From assembly GCF_006345805.1 (NCBI RefSeq), contig NC_043007.1, positions 11,718,001 to 11,782,000 on the forward strand: a DNA stretch of 64,000 nt, read 5' to 3'. The stretch comes from Octopus sinensis (taxonomy: Eukaryota). The position numbers were made by a program, and so were the translations under genes. The notes below the pieces were generated by a model, which was not told the origin of the DNA, made no database searches, and saw nothing but the letters and a program-made list of their open reading frames with translations. Every line of letters starts with the position of its first letter. Position 1 is the stretch's first letter. This document shows positions 35,991 to 49,124 of this stretch, one piece after another.

Positions 35991-36539
35991 ACATCATCAT
36001 AATCTAGCAGCTCATCAAAAAAAGACTGATAGAATAAGTACCAGACTTAAAAAGAAAAATCTGTACTGAGATCAAGATGTTGCCCCTGCATGGCCACAAT
36101 CCAATGACCAAAACCAGTAAAATAAAATAAAGCAATGTTACAAACAGTTTAATAATAACAAAGTAACTTTAGGAAATTTTTCATTATTTTCAAAATCGAC
36201 TGAAAGAAAAGTGATATTTGTTAAATATAATTGTTTTCACTGTTTATATTGACTATAGAAAATTTTCTAGTATTGGGACATGTGTCCAACACATGGACAG
36301 CAATTAATTTAAAAGCATTTAAAGCATATCTGATTTTACTTTAAGAAAAAATATATTATGTATGACAGGTAAAGACAGACATAGCCCTTATCCATGGTTG
36401 GGTTTTCAAGATTTCTTGAAAAAGAATCATATTTGCTGCAAAGCATTGAACCTGGAGGTTTGATGACATTTTCTGGAATTAATTCAACTCACCACCTATT
36501 TTTTTTTTTTTTTTGTATATAATCAGACAATTCACTTGA

Positions 36540-36800
36540 TCCATTTCCATTAGTGTTTTCTTGAGGTTAAATCTGGGGATTGAGATAACCAGTGTAACAT
36601 AACCAAATGCTTTTGTTGACTTCCTTGATAATTTCCTATACCAGGCTGAAAAATCTATGCTCTTCTCCAAGATTTCCAGATAGCTTGTATTGTTTATGCT
36701 GCCCTCAATCTTATATAATGTGACTGATCCCTTTTTCAAACTTTCAACCTCAAACCATGCCATTGCCCCCTCATACAAAACTGTTAAATTCATGTACCCT
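36540..36800 (-). mobile_element. Decayed Tc1-like transposase fragment
   Basis: Minus strand MAWF..GSVTLYKIEGSINNTSYLEILEK (compare VWG.F..G.G.L..IEG.MN...Y..ILE) followed in a shifted frame by HWLSQSPDL (compare WPSQSPDLNPIE). Confidence 0.6.
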
Positions 36801-38422
36801 AGATAAAGTGTTTCTTCTCTTTGATGGTTAACATGCACTCAATCATCAGGGCCAACCAAGTTAAATTTTAACTGTCTGACCTCAGGATATTTTACTTGTT
36901 TGATGATTAATTCTTATGCCTCTTATACATATTGAATTTAGATCTGTTGTATGGCCTCTATTTTTTCTCTCATGCGCAACATGTCCCACAAGCATAAACT
37001 GCTTTAGTTGATTCTTTTATGCTAATGACACCAATCTACATGTGGTATTTCTGTTGAAATACCAACAGTGGTCATTTTTCTTTTGTTCTTCAACCGCGGT
37101 CTTTCTGTTCTGTTCTTCAATAGTGATCATTCTGTTCGTCAATTATGATAATTTTTTTTTTCTGTTCTTAATTGCTAACAATAAATGTCCCAGTCTACCC
37201 TTTCAACAGTGGCTACTCTGGATGGTCAGAATAACCACCAGCTTCATTGAAGATATCCTAAGCATAGTCAGCAACTATTATTGAACATCTGACTTCATCA
37301 TCCATGACTGAAAAAGTCTATTTTAGATTATACAGTCAGTGAATGTTCATTTATATTTCTGTTGATGAACTTCTTTTTGTTTACCCATCACAACAAATTT
37401 TAAGATATCATCAAATAGTTAGAAATAGTCTTACATAGAAAATAATATAGACTATCATATATAATATGATATAGAATATTAAAGCTAAAATACTTTTTTC
37501 TAAAACATTCTTAAAAACTTTTGCCTGTCCAATGCATTTTTGTAAATTTGTTCTTAATTGACCATGCTTGCATCCAGACTTTTAGTTAGCCCTGGTTTTA
37601 TATGTTTTGAGATAAAAATATAAAGCTTTTCTTTCATAAGACTCAAGATGCTCTGGTGGTCGAAAAAATTTGGGAATGAGTATCATACATGACGCATAAA
37701 TGCCAGAGAAATATCTCTGGTGTATCACATGTTACACATAGGAAAAGCAAAGAATTAAATGGACGTTCATTTTGTAATGTTATTAATACTGTTTATAATT
37801 GTATTATGCTAATTAAAATGTTTATGTTTCAACTTACAGCATTTAGAAGGACTAAAAACAATATTTTTTTCATTCATGCATAGTTTTAATCATAAGTAAT
37901 TAAATAAACAGAAATAATTAATGCTTAATTATCAGCACCACACTCTTGTTTTTAAACTATGTGATGCCACTGTGTGTTTTCTTTGAGACTTATTTTAAGT
38001 TCTTCATGAGTCACTAACAAAGTGACAAAATTTTTGAGTTCAGACAGTTCCTGGGGGTTTGTAAATATGTGGTTGCATTAGTGCGTGCGTATATGTAGGT
38101 CTATGAACTTGCACTTTTGTTCTGCGTGTACTTGTCTCTTTAACATTTAGGTGTGTGTGTGTGTGTGCATCATTATTTTTTAAAGAATTTCAAAGGAAGA
38201 ATTGAAAAGATTGCTTTTGGAGGATGTGTGTCAGCTTCCTTACCAAACTCTTCTATTTTTAATTATTTGGTGAAGAAGTAGTTTTTACCAAGATACAAAG
38301 TTCCATCATTGGAATGTAGATGACAAAAAATAATGTCACATTTTGAACTTGAAAAAATTCTTGCATATATTTACCCTTTCATTTACAGATTGTATCTGTG
38401 TGTGTGTATACATATATATATA

Positions 38423-39289
38423 CAGGGTACGGTGAATAAAGTGTCGTCTAAATTATGCAAAAATGAAAATAACACAGACATCTCATTTTAAAAGATATAT
38501 TTACCAAAATTACATTAAAATATTTTGAAATACTAAAGAGTAAATTTATTCAATAAAATCGCCACTGGCTTCAAACACAGCCTCCAGACAATTTTTGAAT
38601 CTCCTGCAGCTCTTCTGGACGGTTTCCTTGTTTAGGTTTGTGAATGCTGCCATAATCCTTGCTTTCAGTTCATCTTTGGTGTTACAAGTTTTGTTAGTTT
38701 CTCACTCAACTGTACCCCACACATAATAATCAAAGGAGTTACAGTCTGGGGAGTTAGGTGGCCAGATGTTAGGGCTGATGTGGTCGCAGACATTGTCTGA
38801 CAGCCATGACTGAGTTCTGCTTGTGTAGCATGGTGTAGAGTCCCGTTGCCAGACATAGGGTCTTCCAGCAGCCACCCTCTTGACCCAGAGCAGCACTACC
38901 TTTTCCAGGCACTTGATGTAGGCCTCTGTGTTGAGTCTGAGGCCATGTGGGAAGAAGAATGGAAGCCTAATGTCGCCATCACTAGTGATCACTCCAAGCA
39001 CCATGATGTTGACTGGAGGTTTGATTTTTATCACTCTCGGTACACGTCCTCAGATTGACACCCAAACACTCTGAAATGTTCGTATTGGAGCTTCTGGCGC
39101 AAATGCTAAGCAGCGCAGTATGTCGTTTCCAAATTTCTGGCAGAGTGAATTGTGTAATGGTGCTGTTTTTCTCACAGATGGTGCCCAATTGACCCTACTA
39201 TACTGTGTGGTCAACAAAATCAAAAACAAGCAAAGTGCACGCATGAAATTAAAAATATAAAATGGTGACAATTTACCCATCACACCCTA
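38423..39289 (-). mobile_element. Second internally deleted DD37D (maT-type) transposon, ~867 bp
   Basis: TA-CAGGGT left end, caccct right end; IKPPVNIMVLGVITSDG..WQRDSTPCY..WPPNSPDCNSFDYYVWG; same family as 21067-21903, opposite orientation. Confidence 0.92.
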
Positions 39290-39299
39290 TTTATGCATA

Positions 39300-39400
39300 T
39301 GTATGTATGTAGGTAGATAGGTAGGTAGGTAGGTAGGTAGGTAGGTAGGGTGAATGGATGGATGGATGGATGGATGGGTGGATGGATGGGTAGATGGAAA
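39300..39400. repeat. (AGGT)n/(GGAT)n tetranucleotide tract
   Basis: Direct reading. Confidence 0.9.
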
Positions 39401-39519
39401 GACAGGCAGATAGTTATGAAGAAAACTAACTAGTTTCCAATTTTTTGGACAAATTTTGCATTGATTTGTTTGTCACTTCTTTGAGCACTCCACAGACACT
39501 CATACCTTTAACATAGTTC

Positions 39520-39720
39520 TTAGAAAGATTCAGCATGACACAGAATGTGACAAGGCTGGCCTCTTTCACTTACAGGCACAACTCATTTTTGCCAGCTGAG
39601 TGGACTGGAGCAACATGAAATAAAGTGTCTTGCTCAAGGACACAGTGTGTCGCCAGGGAGCCAACTCACAGCCTCACAGTTGTGAGCCAAGTACCCTAAC
39701 CACTAAGCCATGTGCCCTCA
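39520..39720 (-). mobile_element. SINE with family B head and an alternative tail
   Basis: cagctgagtggactggagcaac..cttgctcaagga..ccctaaccactaagccatgtgccctc; homologous to 60370-60665. Confidence 0.8.
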
Positions 39721-40789
39721 TGATTTATTTACTGCATACTGTGTTGATGCAAAATGTCCTTATCTCTGAAATAATAACTGCTACATATTCTCCTTCAAAG
39801 ATGGTTTAAGCTGCTAAACATTAATTACTGTTGAAAAATTAACTTTGTTTTTTCAGGTTTGTTCTTTACACAGTTTGTGATATTGATTTAGAAATACTCT
39901 GCTCTTTTCTTGGAGAGACGAGAAGAAAAAAAATGGAAAAATGGAAGCATTTTTTTTTTTTTTGTTTTTGTTATATCTTAATTTAAAATGAAAACTTTAT
40001 GTAACTATTTACAAACAGCTAAAATGTATCAGACAATTTTCTCTGATGTGAGAGAGAAGGAGGGGGAGATATTTAGTTGGAAATCCTAATGCATTAATTA
40101 ATGTTTAATTAATTTCATTTACAGCCATCCGTTATCGCATTTTTAATGCCATTTCGGGGACATTTATTTGAAAATGTTCCGTTCTTTATTTACATATTTT
40201 AATATTTTCTTTTGTTTGCGCTTTCATTTTACTCCAACACAATACTGAGTAGATTTCACTAGTTTTAAAAATATCACATTTCAGCTGGCTACAAATCCTT
40301 TAGAATTTGTTCAATCAATCTTTCCACCTGAGTTCATTTCCACCATTGATGTTTTATGTCAATTTTCTATGATGTTATATAGGTTGAATGCTCTCTTCCA
40401 GCTGTTTCGGCTGCAGTTGTAACCTCACTCTATCTCAACTTACTTAGGTCACTCTGAACTATTTCATTTCAATTTTTCCTTGGTTTGTCTTTCTGTTTTT
40501 GTTCCTGGCTACTATTGAACATCCATCCTGTTCCCTATTATAACATGTCCACACCATCTGCAAAGGCATTCTACCTCCTCATCCTGTCTCAGAATCGAAA
40601 GACTGAGGGAGAGAGTGAGAGAGAGAGACATTTTAGAGCTATTCTTTGTTACTCTGTGTATGAAATATAATTATTTAATATCTAAAGGTGTTTTCAAAAC
40701 TAAAAATGAAAAAAAAAACGTCTGGGTGGGGTTAAAAATATAACAAAACATCATTTAACATTAGATATTCAAAGTTGGAAACTCACATA

Positions 40790-40923
40790 TATATATATAT
40801 ATGTATGTACATATGTATGTATGTATGTGTATATATATATGTATACATGTATATATATATATGTATGTATATATATATACATATATATATATATGTATGT
40901 GTATATATATATATATGTATGTG

Positions 40924-40958
<35 letters not shown>

Positions 40959-41707
40959 GTGTGTATATGTATATATATATATATGTATATGCATATATTC
41001 GTTTACATATATATGCATGTGTATATATATATATGTATGTGTATATATGTGTATATATGTATATATGTGTGTATATATATATATGTATATATGTATGTAT
41101 ATATATATATATGTGTGCATATGTATATATATATATGTATGTGTGCATATGTATATATATATATGTATGTGTGTGTATGTATATATATGTATGTGTGTGT
41201 ATGTATACAAATGCATGTATGCATGATATTAATACGGATAGATACTATTCTCTCTTAAAGTCTAAACGAAGCCAGTTGACATAGAATAATGTGGACTAGC
41301 TTGTCATATAAAAGATGTAAAAAGGACAGTACGATATTATGAGTGCACAATAAAATATGGATGTGGGTGTGCAGACGGGTTGTTAGCATTGTACGCCTGC
41401 GAGGGAATTGGCAAGAAAATCAATCAGCAGTGTATTATTGGTGGTGGCTTGGCAATAAATCTGAAGGGTTGGGAAAGAAGCTGTGTCGTAGCTATTTTAT
41501 GAGGCAGCAGAAACTACTGGAGATAGAGAGCCGATACTTTCACGACTGGCAAGAATTACAGCAAGTGGCGAGAAGAGCTAAACGAAAGTCATTTAATGAA
41601 ATATTGTTGGATTAACATGGAAATGTATTTAATAATTTGCAGGGTGTCTTTTTATTTATTTTATTATTATTATTATTATTATTATCATTATTATTATTAT
41701 TATCATC

Positions 41708-41769
<62 letters not shown>

Positions 41770-41816
41770 CATTATTATTATTAGCATTATTATTATTATT
41801 ATTATCATTATTATTG

Positions 41817-41847
<31 letters not shown>

Positions 41848-42808
41848 TTTTTTTTTTTTTTTTTTTTTCCATTTTGGGAATTTCGAAAATATGAAATCAA
41901 GGAATTTTCCATATACCATTGAAGATGGCAATAATGAATTTGATGTTCTTTTTCTTTCTTTTTTTATTTATTTATTTATTTTTATTTATTTATTTATTTA
42001 TTTATTTTAAATATTTTCCAGTAAATTTCCTCTATGTTGAAAATTCTGTATTTGTCTATTGATTGAAGTTGTCATTCTCATTTTTCTTTGTTAGAAGAAG
42101 TATGAATGTCTAGTGATATATATTTCTTACAGGAAAGTCATATTATTATTATTATTATTATTTTTTTTTTTGCTATTTTCCTATTGGTACCTGGGGCATT
42201 TAGATTTTTGCAAGGATTAAATTATATACGATGTGTGTGTCAGAGAAAAATCCCTTTGAGACATGGAGTATTTTATGGCTATTAAACTTGACTTGTATTA
42301 AAAAAACAAAAAACATAAAAAAACAAATAAATAAATAAAAATAAACCGTTAGAATGAACTGAAGAATTAACAGTCTCATTCTTGAGTATAGAAATCGAGT
42401 TGTTAATATTTTCTGTTGACGTGTACTGCCACTCATTTGAAGACAAATATTCATTTTTGGCCAAAATGTCGTCATCAATCAGCACCAAAAGATGTCAGCG
42501 CTCTTCCCACAGGCTGTGAAGAACTTTATAGCTACTTTCTTACAACCAACACTTTTCCAATGGATGAAAAATTGCTGCTAAGAAGCTTGAAAATGCTGGG
42601 AAGATTTCGCCAATCATACACGACATTTGCAACGCATACACCAACTAAACTAATAAAATGCATCAAGCACTTTTCCCAATTTCTCACACATGCACGCATG
42701 CACGCACACCTAACTATACAATGTACAGCCAAAATCCCTCAATGCCAAATAAGGCATATATATAAATATATAAATATATTTATATATATGTATATATGTA
42801 TATATATG

Positions 42809-42843
<35 letters not shown>

Positions 42844-43143
42844 GTATATATGTATATATATATGTATATATAATATATATATGTATATGTATATGTGTAT
42901 GTATATGTGTATATATATATATGTATATGTATATGTGTATGTATATGTGTATATATATATATGTATATATGTATATGTATATATGTATATATATATATAT
43001 ATGTATATGTATATATGTATGTATGTATATATATTATATGTATATATATATATATATATATGTATAATATATGTATATATATATATATATGTATATATAT
43101 TATATATGTATATATATATATATATATATTGTATATATATATG

Positions 43144-43178
<35 letters not shown>

Positions 43179-45504
43179 GTTTCCTTGTCTGTTGACAAGT
43201 TGTGGCAAATATTTAAAAAGAGAAAAACCTGGCTATCAGAAGAAGTATCTTGATATACTAACTAGGTTGGAGTGAAATATATAATATCAGTGGATTATTT
43301 ATTTTGTTGTGTAATAGTCAGCAGTTGAGGGTGTGTGCATGCATGTGTGTGTGTGTGTATGTATGTATGTGTGTACGTGCATATATTCGTGTATATACGA
43401 TAAATGTAGAAATAGGGGTCTTGTTGAATGCTCAGTCTCAGATGAGATGTCACAGAATCATGAAACAATGACAGCATGGAAAGTCAGATATTAAGCTGAC
43501 GACGGCGGCGGCGGTAATGATGATGATAATAACGATTATGATGATGATGATGGTGATGATGACTATGATGATGATGACTATGGTGATAATGATGGTGATG
43601 ATGTTGACGACGACGATGATGATGATGATGTTTGCTGTTCATCTTCCCAGAAATAGATCTGTTGAGAACTTTGAAGAATTTCAAAAGATGTTTCATATCA
43701 AAAGAAGACAACTTACTTCTATGATGATAAACTGTCATGGCGCAAAATGACAACGCTGCACCAGTTCACTCAATATTATGAGCAATCTGAAAGAGTTCTA
43801 TAAATATAGTTCTTCCATCTTTTGACTTTCTTATAAAATGATTTAGATTTCTTGTTCTTTCTCTTGTAAGGTCAGAACAGTTTGTTCATGTCAGAAATGA
43901 CATCTCATAACAATTCATCAAAATTGTCACTGTGCCACACTTCTGGATATGTACTCCAAGTGTGTTGTGTGTATAAATGTACTTTCATATATGTATGTAT
44001 GTGTGTAAGTATGCAGACTTGTGTGTGTATTTATTTATAAATATATGTGTATGTGGCCATATATATGCCTGTGAATATATGTGTGTATGTAAATCGGTGT
44101 ATTCATGTATGTGTGTATGTATATATGTCTATGTGTATGTATGTGTAAACACACACATGTATGTATATAAATATAAAATATATGTGTGTGGTATGTATGT
44201 GTAAATATGTGTATTCATGTATGTGTGTATGTATATATGTCTACGTGTATGTGTATGTAAACACACTTCTGGATATGTACTCTGTCTGTTGTGTGTACAT
44301 GTACTTGTATGTATGTGTGTGTGTACATGTACTTGTATGTATGTGTATAAGTATGCAGACGTGTGTGCATGTATATTTATATATATATGTATATGTGGCT
44401 ATATGTATGCCTGTATGTATATGCAAATATGTGTGTGTTGTGTATGTATATGTAAGTAGGTGTATTCATGTATGTATATGTTTCTATGTGTGTTGTGTGT
44501 AAATGTACTTTCTTGTATGTATGTATGTGTGTGTGTCTATGTATGTACGTGTATAAGTATGTAGATGTGTGTGCATGTATATTTATATATATGCATATGT
44601 GACTATATATATATATGCTTGTATGTATATGTAAATAGGTGTATTCGTATATGTGTGTATGTATATATGTCTATGTGTATGTATATGTAAACACACACAT
44701 GTATGTATATAAATATAAAATATGTGTGTGGTATGTATGTGTAAATATGTGTATTCATGTATGTGTGTATCTATAAATATATCTATGTATATATGTGTGT
44801 AAATGTAAATATATATATTTATATATGTATGGATATGTAAATATATGTACATGTGTGTGTATATGAATATTTGTACTTTTATTTAAATATATATATGAAT
44901 ATATAAATATATGTGTGTAAGTATATATAAATATATGTACATTTATGGAAATATATATATATATAATACATATATTATGTATGTATGTATATGTATGTAT
45001 ATGTAAATATACGTACATTTAACCTATTTTACTCATGTGTCGGTATACTATATTACATTTCATTTAACTTTATCATATTGTATTTTTTTTTTGTTTATAT
45101 AAACAGTAAGAATGTATGTATGAAGTATATATATATATATCTGCATATATAAATAGGTTTATACATATATTTTTTTATTTTACTTTTTTTATTTCAATCC
45201 TTAGAAATAGTATTTATATAAGAAGTGTGTATGTGTGCATATATGAATAGATATGTGTATATATATTCCATTTTACTTTATTTATACTCTTTTGTGGCTC
45301 TTTATTTGAAAGAATGTATGTAAGAAGTATATATATGTACATATATAAATAGGTACATGTGAGAAGTACATATGAATAGATATATATATGTGTGTGCATA
45401 TATTAATTGATATGTATGTGTGTGTGTGCATATATATATATATATGTATGTATGTATATATATGTGTGTATATATATATGTATATGTATGTATATATATA
45501 TATG

Positions 45505-45542
<38 letters not shown>

Positions 45543-45579
45543 TGTATATATATATATATTATATGTGTGTGTGTGTGTA

Positions 45580-45638
<59 letters not shown>

Positions 45639-45660
45639 CATACACACACACATACTAATT
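40790..45660. repeat. Microsatellite-dominated block: TA/TG fields (40790-41225, 42760-43180, 43940-45660), (ATT)n 41660-41845, (GAT)n 43500-43630
   Basis: Direct reading; unique islands at about 41230-41650, 42400-42750 and 43630-43940. Confidence 0.9.
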
Positions 45661-46303
45661 TGTAGGCGAGTATATAGAAAAATATGCATATATGAGGGGG
45701 TGGATTATGATACGGATTAACTTATTTTTTTCTAATTGCTTTAAAAAAGCATATAAAAACTAGACAGTAATAAATTAGCTTTAAATAGAGACTGATTTGA
45801 GTATAGAATGAAGCCAGTTGTTTCATGGCAAAAGACAGAGGGTAATTTAGAGCCTTCTCAGAAACAAAGAACCAGTTGATAAGTACTGAAATGGCCAGAC
45901 TTCATCACTTTATCAGTTTATTATCTGTAAATGCTTAATTTTATTCTTCAGTTTATTCTTTGTTTTTTTTTTTTTTGCACTTTCTTCCTTATAATCTGGC
46001 CAAGAAGATAAAATTGTAATTTATAGTCAATCTGACCCCTTTTTTTGATCTATTTCTTTATTTCTTTATTTCTGTATATTTCAATTTTAGTTTTGTCTAT
46101 AAGCTGCTGAAAATGACAAATTTCTTTGGGTATGCATTCTCACACTGAGTAAAATGCCAGTTGGATGATCTAACTATGGACTTATTTAAACAATCGCCCG
46201 CAGAGATGCATTTTACACCTAGGATGTTTGATAATGATTGCACTACATATCACCTTTGTACTACAAGTGTAAAAATGTGTCAAAACGATTGTAGTGATTT
46301 TAA

Positions 46304-46525
46304 CCCTTTCGTTACCAACCCGGCTGAAACTGCCTCTGGCTCTCTAGTACAAATGTCTTGTTTTCATAAGTTCTGAATTAAAATCTTCCACCAAATCTTA
46401 GTCACAATTTATGTTCCTAACACTAGCTTAATGATGACTAAGTTATTTTACTAAATTCTTTGTTATATTTAAAATTAATCGAAAGAAACACAGAGCATCT
46501 CATCAGAAATACGGTAACGAAAGGG
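46304..46525. mobile_element. piggyBac-type MITE, 222 bp
   Basis: TTAA TSD at 46300-46303 and 46526-46529; perfect 13-bp TIRs CCCTTTCGTTACC / GGTAACGAAAGGG. Confidence 0.93.
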
Positions 46526-48276
46526 TTAAATAATGTCATTCATTCCATTTGTTATCATTTTATCTACTTATATAAACTCTGTGGATATTTCAGAATTCTT
46601 CCCAGCACAAAGTAGTTTCTGTTTTTTTTTCTCTTGTAAAGCCAGAAATTTATTAATGGTACTTATTCTATAGTTGAAATGGAAAGTGAAGTCAACCTTA
46701 CTAGGATTTGAACTCTCTACTTTTGAAACACCAAATTGAACTTATTGGGAATATATAGTTAATACATTCATTGTTGTAGCAACTCCACTAACATTTGCAC
46801 AGGCAGTGTGTGTCTGTCTGTATATGTCTGCATAAGGATGATTGTGTATGTGTGTATGTAATGAAAATCTAAGCAGAGATAGATAAAATATAAATAAGCA
46901 GAAATTAGTGTGATGTGGTAATTATTAAAACTATTAGTTGATTAGCCATCTGGCTTAACAGACTAATGACATCAGAAATTTCATTAGTTTCTCTGATTCG
47001 TTTCTCTCCCTAGACAAGCTGAGGAAAATAAATGAAAAAATTAGATTATTTACGCTAAAACTCCAACATATTTGCACACAATGCAAACTGTTGGGCTAAT
47101 GGACATTAAAGGAATAGACTGTTTTAGATGTTGATCTTGTTCACATGAAGAATTGCATATTTATTTGTTTAAAGCATTAGAGAAAGAACAATTTGAAGGA
47201 GAATATAAAACAATGAAAAGACAAATAGAATTTGTTGAAAACAAACTTGATTATCTGATGTTCAAGCGAAAAACTTTCCAGCAGAAATAAAACATGAACT
47301 GAAATAAATATATAAAAATGAAAGTGTTTTGCAGTTAAGGTTCTACAATAAATCTTTTTTCTTTATCTTCCTGACTTCGGTGCAACATTACTACGCCGTA
47401 TATCGATTGGAAATTGGTGAGAATTCCTTGACTGTTTCTCAATCTCTCATTCAATAATCATTGAACCATGTTGTTCAACTGTAAAATTTGTAGGAACATG
47501 GCACATATTTTTGGGATGTTTCCACTTTGCTGTCCATTTTTGCTTATGATGCTGCTGCTGATGATGATCAGAATGATATTCTATTTTTATGCTGTTTTTT
47601 TTTTATTTAAATATCTATGAAACTTTTGTCAAGAAATGTTTAGTGTTTCACCTAAAGTCATAATGTCTTGTATCTTGGCAGACAGTCAATTCTGAGGGAA
47701 GAGACCAATATGAAGTCAACAGATTCAAATTCTCTGTACTTCTGGGAGTTTATTTTATGAAGTTGAGAGAGAACAAACATGATAAACAATGTTTGTAACA
47801 TAGGCACCGGGGATGGGGGGGGGGGCAGGAATTTGAGAAGATGGGTGGAGTGCTTAAATCAGCTCTAGTACTTGAATGACACTGTATTTTCTCAATGTCA
47901 TAAGGATGAAATGCAAAGTTGACTGCAGCAGGACGTGAACTTTAGACAAGGTCAACTTTGCTTTTCATTCTTTTGGAGACAACAAAATAATGTAATTGTC
48001 AAGCAGTCAATTTGGTAGTATCCACTAGCTCCACCACTAAAACAAAATTTCTTCTTTTATACAATAAAAACTGTCGTCATCATCATCGTCATTGTCATTA
48101 TGATAATTTTCATTCTGTCATTGTACTAATGAAATTTTCATTGCATCAAGTGCGATCCCTCACATCCCTCAATAAAAATACAGAAAAATCTATAGCCTTG
48201 GGTTGATTAAAGCCCAGTGAGGAGATTTCATAGATGGAAATTGAAATATATACATCATATATACATGTATATGTAT

Positions 48277-48805
48277 ATGATAACTGTATATAATATATAT
48301 ATCACAATGATATTTATTCTCTGATTTGAAGTGGCAATTTTTGAATATAAACAAATGACCGGAAAATGATGAGCTAACCTCAGGCTGAATCAAACCCACA
48401 AATCAACACTTTCATGCCTCCTTGCGAATCTGATTGGCCAAACGCTTACCCATCAATTTCAGTCAAATTTAGTTAATATATACTTAAACTGTCTTGATAC
48501 TACATAAATTATATTTTCATAAACAAACCCGAAAGGCTTTGTGAGTTACAGAGAGAAAGCTACTACGGAAGGATCATAGTATAATAACTGTATAATAACT
48601 ATATATAATATATATCATCATCATATTCATTCTCCTATTTGAAGTGACAATTTTTAAAGATAAACAAATGATTGAAAAATGATGAGCTAATCTCAGGCTG
48701 AATCGAACTCACAAATCGACGCTTTCATGGCTCCTTGCGAATCTGATCAATTTCAGTCAAATTTAGTTAATATATACTTCAACTGTCTTGATACTACATA
48801 TAAAA
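48277..48805. repeat. Direct duplication of a ~200-bp unit, period ~313 bp
   Basis: atttgaagtg(g/a)caattttt..aaatgatgagctaa(c/t)ctcaggctgaatc..ccttgcgaatctgat..caatttcagtcaaatttagttaatatatactt..gatactacata twice; the second copy lacks 19 nt. Confidence 0.9.
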
Positions 48806-48821
48806 TATATGAGAGAGAGAG

Positions 48822-48960
48822 AGAAAATGGAATTCATGAGATTCTTTATTAATCACTACAACCGTTTCGATCCAACAGTCCCTCACAGGTGAGGGACAAA
48901 TGCACGATGGATCAAAACGAGTGTAGTAATTAATAAAAAATCTCATGGATTCTGTTTTCT
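48822..48960. mobile_element. Fold-back element resembling head-to-head Penelope-like pseudo-LTR fragments
   Basis: 45-bp arms 48830-48874 and 48908-48952 (6 mismatches); inner 9-bp stem gtccctcac/gtgagggac with 2-nt loop; read outward the left arm gives TGAGGGAC..GGATCGAAACGGTTGTAGTGATTAATAAA and the right arm a diverged version. Penelope assignment is inference. Confidence 0.55.
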
Positions 48961-49124
48961 TTCTCTTTCTTTCATTTTCTATAAAATCTATGGACACAAA
49001 GGAATTCCTGAAGTAAATCCAGTGGTATTTAAATCCATAGTGTTGATGGCATCAGGTGGCCAAATTCAGTGGACACTATTTAGACAGCATACTTCATGAT
49101 GTATACCCAAATTAAATATTTTCT

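Noticed and set aside
43718-43786. Minus-strand exon suggested by strong GAA/GTAAGT donor and ctctttcag acceptor
   Set aside because: Stop codons in all three frames; could only be non-coding.
48364-48392. atgatgagct..ggctgaatc as a hammerhead in the duplicated unit
   Set aside because: Lacks C3 and GAAA in both copies; stems do not form.
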